A stretch of DNA of 38,917 bases from IMG/VR virus record IMGVR_UViG_3300045988_014907; one strand, written 5' to 3'. The stretch is from a virus. The notes below the pieces were generated by a model. It was not told the DNA's origin. It made no database searches and saw only the letters and a list, made by a program, of their open reading frames with translations. The position numbers were made by a program, and so were the translations under genes. Below are positions 24,422-29,843 of this stretch, one piece after another. Numbering within the stretch: the stretch's first letter is position 1; each line of letters begins with the position of its first letter.

Positions 24422-24465
24422 AGGTATACTTACCCTTTGTGTCCGCCAAGGTAAAATATGCCTAA
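24420..24465. other. Candidate attP core (imperfect dyad) next to the integrase 3' end
   Basis: ttaggtatacttacc / ctttgtgtccgccaa / ggtaaaatatgcctaa. The two arms are imperfect inverted repeats. Confidence 0.3.
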
Positions 24466-25790
24466 CGCGGCGTTACGAAAAACGCGCCATCGTTGTCTGC
24501 ATCAATCCGCTTGATGAAGCGCGTCCAGAATTCCTTTTTTTCTTCCCGAGAGTATGTGCCATATTCGCCCAGCCCGTTTCTCAAGGCGTCGAGGTCTGTC
24601 TTCGGCTTTTCCTCCACGGTTTCGAGGGATCTTTTCAAGATCGAGTATTCCGCTTTATAATCGTCAAGCTCAATCAAATCGTTTAGGTATAGCGTTTTTA
24701 GCTTGCTCATTTTCTTTCGTATCGAGTCCGCGCTTTGCGTGGGCTTTTTTTCGGCCTTTTTGTAGTACCTATTGTTCCGCTCTGCGATTCCAGCAAGCTC
24801 GTGTAGTAGGTAGTCTTCCAACACGTCCTCTCGTATCCTTTTTGTGTGCGGGCAAGAGGTGTTATCAAGCATCCGCGTCCGGCATCGGTAATATGTATAT
24901 GTCTTCTTTACGGTTTCCGATTGCATCGTTTTCCCGCATTCTTTACAATGCAGTATCCCGGAAAACAGATACACGCGGTCTGTGTCAACTCCCGCACAGC
25001 GTTGTGACCGCTGGCGAATAATATCATTTACAATGTCAAAGTCTTGCTTGCTCACCAACGCGGGGCAAGCATTTTCGATGCCGTAAACCTCGCCGATGTA
25101 AAGACGGTTACGGAAATAGTTTACATACTTGCTGTAAGTACGGTCAATGCCCCATGTGTCAAGCATATATCGCTTTACGGCAAGGACGCTTTTTAGCCGG
25201 ATAAACGCCGCGAACATATCTCGCGCCGCATCTGCCGTGCCGTTATCAATCTGGTATTGCCTGTCCTTGATGGCATACCCTAAAGGCGCTTTTGAGCCTG
25301 CCGGTTGTCCTTTTGCCCGTTTCCCATCGTTGATAAATTTGATTCGTTCACTCGTGCGGTCGGCCTCATCCTGCGCGACTGACAACATGATATTGACTTT
25401 CAAACGCCCTGATGCGGTGCGCGTTTCGTAATCTTCTTCCGTCGCTTGCCATGTTACGCCGTACTGGTCGAGCTGTGTTTGTACATCGTAATACCCTGCG
25501 ACATTGCGAAACCAGCGGTCAAGTTTGACAAACAGAATCATGTCTATCTGACCGTCTTTGCAATCGCCCAGCAGTCGCAGGAGCGCAGGGCGCTTTTTAT
25601 ACGGCTTTCGCGCGGATATTCCTGCGTCCTCATATATGCCCACCACGGTCATCTTGTGTTCTTTTGCATATCTTATCAGCGCGTCCCGCTGCTCTTGCAG
25701 GGACAGGCCATGCCGCGCCTGTTCTTCGCTTGAGACGCGGATATACAAAGCCACTCTTATCAAAGCCACTCTCATCAATGCCGCTATCAT
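24462..25790 (-). CDS. Large serine recombinase (phage integrase)
   Basis: Resolvase-type N-terminus (YIRVSSEEQ...), recombinase domain, a Zn-ribbon (CKECGKT...YYRCRT...CPH) and a coiled-coil C-terminus. ATG 25790 lies after GGAGGGGG. Confidence 0.9.
   Translation of the reverse strand: MIAALMRVALIRVALYIRVSSEEQARHGLSLQEQRDALIRYAKEHKMTVVGIYEDAGISARKPYKKRPALLRLLGDCKDGQIDMILFVKLDRWFRNVAGYYDVQTQLDQYGVTWQATEEDYETRTASGRLKVNIMLSVAQDEADRTSERIKFINDGKRAKGQPAGSKAPLGYAIKDRQYQIDNGTADAARDMFAAFIRLKSVLAVKRYMLDTWGIDRTYSKYVNYFRNRLYIGEVYGIENACPALVSKQDFDIVNDIIRQRSQRCAGVDTDRVYLFSGILHCKECGKTMQSETVKKTYTYYRCRTRMLDNTSCPHTKRIREDVLEDYLLHELAGIAERNNRYYKKAEKKPTQSADSIRKKMSKLKTLYLNDLIELDDYKAEYSILKRSLETVEEKPKTDLDALRNGLGEYGTYSREEKKEFWTRFIKRIDADNDGAFFVTPR
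25746..25790 (-). repeat. Three tandem 15-nt copies of the integrase start region (encoding MIAAL / MRVAL / IRVAL)
   Basis: Minus strand reads atgatagcggcattg | atgagagtggctttg | ataagagtggctttg. Confidence 0.85.
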
Positions 25791-26206
25791 CAAATCCCCC
25801 TCCAAAATCCGTAATCTATACAATGAAAATCAATGTACACGCACCACGCAGCGAGAAGAACAATTATAAAAAACATTATAGCAATCACGCCGTTGCGGAT
25901 ACGCACTCCACGCCGCATGATCTCGATCATGTCTGCTTTTGCGTCAACATGGCGTTCCAGCTCATCATTCCGCGCCTGCAAAGTTTCCTCGGTCGGCGTC
26001 AGGTGTTCGGAAATTCCGAACGTCTCGTCAAGGGATATGCCCATTGCCTTGCAGATCGGCGCAACAGTGTAAATGGACGGCGACTTTGAAAACTTGGAAA
26101 AGAAATTCTGCACGGTGGACAACGGTACGCCGGAAGTGTCGGAAATGTCCTGATAGGTCAGTTTCAATTCTTCTTTGCGGATTCTACACACCTCTTGAAT
26201 GTTCAT
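25790..26206 (-). CDS. Membrane-anchored XRE-family HTH regulator, translationally coupled to the integrase
   Basis: N-terminal HTH (LTYQDISDTSGVPLSTVQNFFS), coiled coil, and a C-terminal TM (VIAIMFFIIVLLAAWCVYI). The stop overlaps the int ATG (TGATG). The start is 26206 or 26212. Confidence 0.75.
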   Translation of the reverse strand: MNIQEVCRIRKEELKLTYQDISDTSGVPLSTVQNFFSKFSKSPSIYTVAPICKAMGISLDETFGISEHLTPTEETLQARNDELERHVDAKADMIEIMRRGVRIRNGVIAIMFFIIVLLAAWCVYIDFHCIDYGFWRGI

Positions 26207-26370
26207 TTGCATCACCTTAATTTCTCCGATTTTGACGTCGCGAAGTCGCAAGATGAGGGCTTACCGAACCTCACCAAACGCTGTTTTATTGCAAGGTTTT
26301 GTCGTTGAAGTAGTCAAGCAACGCGGAGTATGGTCAAATCATGCAGCGGCGACCGCTCCTCGCTGCCTGC

Positions 26371-26412
26371 AAAAAGGCACTGCCGTTTGTTGCGGAGAGC
26401 GGCAGTGCCTTT
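26371..26412 (-). terminator. Rho-independent terminator of the lipoprotein gene
   Basis: 13-bp stem aaaggcactgccg / cggcagtgccttt with a T-run on the minus strand. Confidence 0.75.
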
Positions 26413-26418
26413 AGTTAC

Positions 26419-26853
26419 TTATTGCTTCTCAAGTTTTACGGTCTGCGTAACTCCCATAGCAGACACTTCGTAGCTAATTACGCCGTCCTGATAGGTAAAC
26501 GTCTTGGTGTCATCGCCGCTGGCGAGAATTGCCATATCGGTCTGGTCTTTATCATTTTCCGATTCCCATGTGTACGGCTCATCCGCCGTGGTAGGGGCAT
26601 CGAAAGAACCGGCCCAATAGAGGGCTTTTGTGTCTCCGTTATCAGATACCCAATACACTTCAATGGCATCTCCGGCAATGGTAGCGGCCTGCCATGCGTC
26701 CTCTGCATCGCTGTTTGTCTGCTTCCACTCTCCAACGAGATCGGGCGGAGTTACCGGCTCGCTTTCGGGTTCGGTCTGATTTGTTTTCCCGCAGGCGGTT
26801 AACATGCCGAGCGCGAGAACCGAAGACAGCGCGATAAGCAAAAACTTTTTCAT
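26419..26853 (-). CDS. Lipoprotein (prophage-expressed surface/exclusion candidate)
   Basis: MKKFLLIALSSVLALGMLTAC is a signal peptide plus lipobox. SD is GGAGAG. Confidence 0.8.
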   Translation of the reverse strand: MKKFLLIALSSVLALGMLTACGKTNQTEPESEPVTPPDLVGEWKQTNSDAEDAWQAATIAGDAIEVYWVSDNGDTKALYWAGSFDAPTTADEPYTWESENDKDQTDMAILASGDDTKTFTYQDGVISYEVSAMGVTQTVKLEKQ

Positions 26854-26944
26854 CTCAACTCTCCATTTTCTCATATTTTCGACTGCACAAAGTGCAATAA
26901 TCGACATATAGCCCCGTTACTATAATTATTTGGAGGGACACAAA

Positions 26945-27067
26945 ATGTTGTGTAATGACGTGAAAAGTGATACAATAGAGTATCAAAAGATGCTGGCAGA
27001 AGCCTTTGACCTGATACAAAAGTTATCCGACGAACAACTTCAAAAAATCATGGAGGCTCTAAAATGA
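26945..27067 (+). CDS. Small ORF (40 aa), below the ORF-track threshold
   Basis: SD GGAGGG lies 8 nt upstream and TATAAT is at 26921-26926. Product: MLCNDVKSDTIEYQKMLAEAFDLIQKLSDEQLQKIMEALK. ATGA overlap with the next ORF. Confidence 0.45.
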   Translation: MLCNDVKSDTIEYQKMLAEAFDLIQKLSDEQLQKIMEALK

Positions 27068-27240
27068 AAATTTGGGCAATCAGAAAAGAAAAAGGTGCCG
27101 AATACGAAGTCGGCATGGAATGTGACGGCATGGATCTCGAGACCGTAATGACCGAGCTTTACCGAATGGCGCGAAACCTGTTTACCGGGGAACTTGAACT
27201 TTTTTGGAAAGAGGCAGAAACCGGCAAGGCCTCATTTTAA
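27064..27240 (+). CDS. Small ORF (58 aa), below the ORF-track threshold
   Basis: Product: MKIWAIRKEKGAEYEVGMECDGMDLETVMTELYRMARNLFTGELELFWKEAETGKASF. Coupled to the upstream ORF. Confidence 0.45.
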   Translation: MKIWAIRKEKGAEYEVGMECDGMDLETVMTELYRMARNLFTGELELFWKEAETGKASF

Positions 27241-27608
27241 CCGTTGGCTTTCCGCTTGCACTCGATCACGGTATTTAGCTGCGTCAAGATCGCGTCGCAA
27301 TTTGGCGTAAACCGCTCTATCAATCCGCTGAGTTTGTCAACCTCGACCGCTATTTCCCCGGTCGCCTTTGCCCGATAAATGGAGACGGCATCGGTCGCGT
27401 CATGGAAGCCATTCGGAGACGGATATTTTGCGTAAAGGGAAACGGTAGATACCATTTTGTCAAAATCGGCATCGCAGGCCGTTTCCTTTTCGTGCGCCCA
27501 TATTGTTTGCAGCTTTTTTATTTCTGCCTTTGCCGCCTGTTTTGCAACGACCCATGCGACAATGCCGGAAATAGCAGCACAGCCGAGTGAAATGATGATT
27601 TCTTTCAT
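27237..27608 (-). CDS. Single-pass membrane protein co-transcribed with the CI-like repressor
   Basis: N-terminal TM segment IIISLGCAAISGIVAWVVA. ATGA overlap with the upstream gene. SD is GAGGAAG. Confidence 0.65.
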   Translation of the reverse strand: MKEIIISLGCAAISGIVAWVVAKQAAKAEIKKLQTIWAHEKETACDADFDKMVSTVSLYAKYPSPNGFHDATDAVSIYRAKATGEIAVEVDKLSGLIERFTPNCDAILTQLNTVIECKRKANG

Positions 27609-27976
27609 TGTTCTTCCTCAAAAGCGGCGCGCCCCATTTTTATAAAACGCTCCAGTTTTTCCGGCGGTAATGACAACACAAACTGAATAGCGGCTTTCTG
27701 CAAATCTGTATAGCCCTCGCCCTCTGTGGCGGGGGCTTCTTTTATGCCCGGGTCGTCCGTTTCGCCACGAAGGTATTCGACAGATACTCCGTGCAAAGCT
27801 GAGATTTGGTAAAGATAGTTTTTGTATGATTCCGAATTTCCGGCAATCCAATCAGAAACGATGTGTCCATCTTTAAACCCGAGAGGTCTTGCAAATTGGG
27901 ATAACGCGCCATGCTTAAAAGCGCCATTCTCTTTTTTCGGAATTAAAGCCAGGATTCGTTCCAACGTTGTGTCCAT
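27605..27976 (-). CDS. CI-like XRE-family repressor
   Basis: ATG 27976 lies after AAGGGG. HTH pattern GALSQFARPLGFKDGHIVSDWIAG...LYQISALHGVSVEYLRGETDD. Divergent from the cro-like gene. Confidence 0.7.
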   Translation of the reverse strand: MDTTLERILALIPKKENGAFKHGALSQFARPLGFKDGHIVSDWIAGNSESYKNYLYQISALHGVSVEYLRGETDDPGIKEAPATEGEGYTDLQKAAIQFVLSLPPEKLERFIKMGRAAFEEEQ

Positions 27977-28143
27977 ATTTGCCCCTTGTTTTTTGTGCAA
28001 CCATACAAAACAGTTTATTTGAACCAATTTGGTATTGCAAATGGTTTGAATGTGAGGTATCATATAACCAAGCCCACCGGAAAAGGGCACACAAAAACCA
28101 GCCCCCCATAAAAGCGGCTTTTGCAATGTCTTTTGGCGATTTC

Positions 28144-28172
28144 ATTGTAATACGCTTTCCGGGCAGTGTCAA
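28144..28172 (-). promoter_or_regulatory. Sigma-70-type promoter for the CI-like operon
   Basis: Minus strand reads TTGACA, 17-nt spacer, TACAAT. Confidence 0.6.
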
Positions 28173-28206
28173 GTGTGATTTCTCATGTTTATGAGGTTTC
28201 GGTGGG

Positions 28207-28224
28207 CATTGACTGCGGCGGGGA
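28207..28224. repeat. Left copy of a perfect 18-bp inverted repeat (cattgactgcggcgggga)
   Basis: Exact reverse complement of 28550-28567. Confidence 0.95.
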
Positions 28225-28258
28225 AAAGAAAAAGCACCCGTGGTCTGTTCACGGATGC
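28224..28258 (-). terminator. Rho-independent terminator of the switch-region RNA unit
   Basis: Minus strand reads gcauccgug aacagac cacgggugc followed by uuuuucuuuu. One G-U pair makes it minus-strand specific. Confidence 0.7.
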
Positions 28259-28288
28259 TTTCCCCCCAGATTTGTTTACCAGAACGCA

Positions 28289-28376
28289 TTGCACAGGATG
28301 GTCGGACACGTTGCTTTGTATCCGTCCGAATTGATGGGTTTCTTTCCATCGGCTCGGCAATGCCATCCTGACGCAA
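28289..28376 (-). ncRNA. Candidate structured RNA: three-way junction with twin AAAGNAAC loops
   Basis: P1 is 12 bp (28376-28363 with 28301-28289). P2 is 28357-28326 with loop AAAGAAAC. P3 is 28324-28303 with loop AAAGCAAC. The element lies between a near-consensus promoter and a terminator. Confidence 0.45.
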
Positions 28377-28439
28377 AATCAGACTTGCGCTTCTATGGAC
28401 GCGCCGCTCACTTTGGCAGTTCCGGTTCTGCCCCTTGCC

Positions 28440-28496
28440 CTATCGCATCGCGCCGTTTCTTTGGTCTGGAACGGGCAAAGTCAAAAGGTTGGTCAT
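28440..28496 (-). CDS. 18-codon ORF (MTNLLTLPVPDQRNGAMR) with a near-perfect SD
   Basis: AAGGAGGTGG lies 6 nt upstream of ATG 28496, downstream of the TTGACT-17-TATACT promoter. Confidence 0.4.
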   Translation of the reverse strand: MTNLLTLPVPDQRNGAMR

Positions 28497-28515
28497 GGAA
28501 ACCACCTCCTTGAGA

Positions 28516-28544
28516 TTGCCGCAAAGGGCTAATGGCAGTATAGC
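28516..28544 (+). promoter_or_regulatory. Candidate rightward (cro-side) promoter
   Basis: TTGCCG, 17-nt spacer, TATAGC. Its -10 overlaps the -10 of the opposing promoter. Confidence 0.4.
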
Positions 28545-28565
28545 AAATCTCCCCGCCGCAGTCAA
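28537..28565 (-). promoter_or_regulatory. Near-consensus leftward promoter driving the small ORF/RNA unit
   Basis: Minus strand reads TTGACT (inside the right inverted repeat), 17-nt spacer, TATACT. Confidence 0.6.
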
Positions 28566-28567
28566 TG
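28550..28567. repeat. Right copy of the perfect 18-bp inverted repeat (tccccgccgcagtcaatg)
   Basis: Exact reverse complement of 28207-28224. Confidence 0.95.
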
Positions 28568-28597
28568 ATAACTCACAATGAAGGGAGGACACAAAAA

Positions 28598-28792
28598 TTG
28601 ACATTGAGAGAGCTGCGAGAACGCTCCGGACTGACCCGCGCACAGGTGGCGAAGAAGCTGAATGTTGATCTATCCTGCGTGACGCATTGGGAGCTGGGAG
28701 ACTGGCGACCGGCGCGGAAGTACCACAAGAAACTGGCGAAGATGTACGGCGTGACCGTGGACGAGCTGTTTGAATCCAGCGACGGGCAGTAA
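28598..28792 (+). CDS. Cro-like XRE-family HTH regulator
   Basis: TTG start 9 nt after GAAGGGAGG gives MTLRELRERSGLTRAQVAKKLNVDLSCVTHWELG... The ATG at 28565 has no SD and lies inside the inverted repeat. Confidence 0.75.
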   Translation: MTLRELRERSGLTRAQVAKKLNVDLSCVTHWELGDWRPARKYHKKLAKMYGVTVDELFESSDGQ

Positions 28793-28898
28793 AAAAATGC
28801 CCCGCCCAATGTTGCAGCATCGAGCGGGGCGGGTGGGACAAATCTCACCACAAAAATCATGTCCGTGCTTATTGTAGCACGGGAGAAAGGAAAAGGCA

Positions 28899-29051
28899 AT
28901 GAGTAAAAAGCCGGAGTACAAAATCATTTGGGTCACGCCCCCTGACCCCGTAAAACTGGGGACGATCATGGGCGAGATTTTCGCCCGGGGAAGAGGGCTT
29001 GAGTTTGTAGGCCTCGTGCCGAACGAGAAGAAGTGTGGAGGTGCGAAATGA
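28899..29051 (+). CDS. Small ORF (50 aa), below the ORF-track threshold
   Basis: Product: MSKKPEYKIIWVTPPDPVKLGTIMGEIFARGRGLEFVGLVPNEKKCGGAK. ATGA overlap with the next ORF. Confidence 0.45.
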   Translation: MSKKPEYKIIWVTPPDPVKLGTIMGEIFARGRGLEFVGLVPNEKKCGGAK

Positions 29052-29137
29052 GCGCGTTTACATGGGCGCTGGCGTTTATCGGCGCGGCGTGGCTGAGCTG
29101 GGCTATCGTCAAGGGCGTGGAGGCGCTGGGACGATGA
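29048..29137 (+). CDS. Micro-ORF encoding a 29-aa hydrophobic peptide
   Basis: Product: MSAFTWALAFIGAAWLSWAIVKGVEALGR. ATGA overlaps on both sides. Confidence 0.4.
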   Translation: MSAFTWALAFIGAAWLSWAIVKGVEALGR

Positions 29138-29646
29138 GAGAGCGGAACAGGCGGGCGCGGGAGTATTCCCGGCGCTGCTGGGCGCGGCGGTGGAATAGGC
29201 GGCTTTGGATCCTCAACATCCTGCTTGGGCTGGCTATTGCCGGTATCCTCCTCTGGGCGCTGACGCTGCCGGAGGCACAGGAGCCGGAGGACGCACCCCC
29301 TCCCCTGTCCGCTGCGGTGCAGTCGGCGGTGCTGTCCGCCGCGAAGCCGCCGGAAAACCTGCTGGTCTGCGAAATCACCGGCTACTGCGCGTGCTGCACA
29401 CCTTATTCGGACATCAACCGCAACGAGGCGGGGCAGGTGCTGACGGCCTCTGGGCGGTGGGTGAACATCGGCGAGGCGGTGGCAGTAGACCCGGACATTA
29501 TCCCGCTGGGCAGCACCGTGACTATCGGCGGGAAAACGTATGTCGCCGCCGATACCGGCGTGAAGGGATTTGTGGTGGACGTTTTGATGACCCACGAGGA
29601 GGCGCACCGCGCCGGTGTGAGCCGGGAGCTTGTGAGATGGGAATGA
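29134..29646 (+). CDS. 3D-domain (MltA/RlpA-like double-psi beta-barrel) protein with an N-terminal membrane anchor
   Basis: TM segment LWILNILLGLAIAGILLWAL, then ITGYCACC...ASGRWVNIGEAVAVDPDIIPLGSTVTIGGKTYVAADTG, typical of 3D domains. Confidence 0.75.
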   Translation: MRERNRRAREYSRRCWARRWNRRLWILNILLGLAIAGILLWALTLPEAQEPEDAPPPLSAAVQSAVLSAAKPPENLLVCEITGYCACCTPYSDINRNEAGQVLTASGRWVNIGEAVAVDPDIIPLGSTVTIGGKTYVAADTGVKGFVVDVLMTHEEAHRAGVSRELVRWE

Positions 29647-29843
29647 CCAACTGCCCCATCGAATGCCCCAATAGGCGGGTAGGATGCCGCACCGGCTGTC
29701 CCGTTTGGGAGCAGCACGAGGCGGAGAAAGCCATCTCTTACGCGGAGCGGGTCAAGAACAACGAGTTCAAGGAGTACAAGGGGCGCGTGATGCGCAAGGC
29801 ATACAAGCGCATTCAACAGGGCGCGAAGGGAGGACGGAAATGA
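29637..29843 (+). CDS. Small Cys-rich hypothetical protein
   Basis: CPIECPNRRVGCRTGCPVW. Overlaps both neighbouring genes. Confidence 0.55.
   Translation: MGMTNCPIECPNRRVGCRTGCPVWEQHEAEKAISYAERVKNNEFKEYKGRVMRKAYKRIQQGAKGGRK

Noticed and set aside
27915-28496. Long minus-strand open frame in the switch region: a 153-aa ORF at 27915-28376, in the same frame as the 18-codon ORF and separated from it by a single TAG. Raises the idea of TAG read-through or recoding.
   Set aside because: TAG is used as a genuine stop for TerS (4622-4624) and the integrase (24462-24464), so recoding is unlikely. The frame runs through a predicted terminator, the CI promoter and the CI start. The translation is Arg/Ser/Pro-rich and not protein-like.
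28440-28496. Arbitrium (AimP)-like or Phr-like communication peptide.
   Set aside because: The peptide has no signal sequence, it is only 18 aa, and no AimR/Rap-type TPR receptor gene exists in the genome.
28166-28513. 115-aa plus-strand ORF across the switch cassette.
   Set aside because: It has no SD and an implausible composition. It overlaps a terminator hairpin and the structured-RNA region. The promoter and terminator geometry supports minus-strand transcription here.
28793-28882. Hairpins after the Cro-like gene (gccccgc...gcggggc and ccgtgc...gcacgg), as possible terminators or attenuators.
   Set aside because: Neither is followed by a T-run on the plus strand. The first is preceded by an A-run, so it would terminate only minus-strand transcription, and I see no gene for that. 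I kept these as an unresolved observation rather than a feature.
29205-29843. 212-aa plus-strand ORF, and the long N-terminal extensions of ORFs 29035-29646, 29684-30538 and 30660-31232.
   Set aside because: Only the C-terminal parts downstream of internal ATGs with SDs and ATGA overlaps are protein-like. The upstream parts are Arg/Gly/Ala-rich alternative-frame read-through of neighbouring genes.
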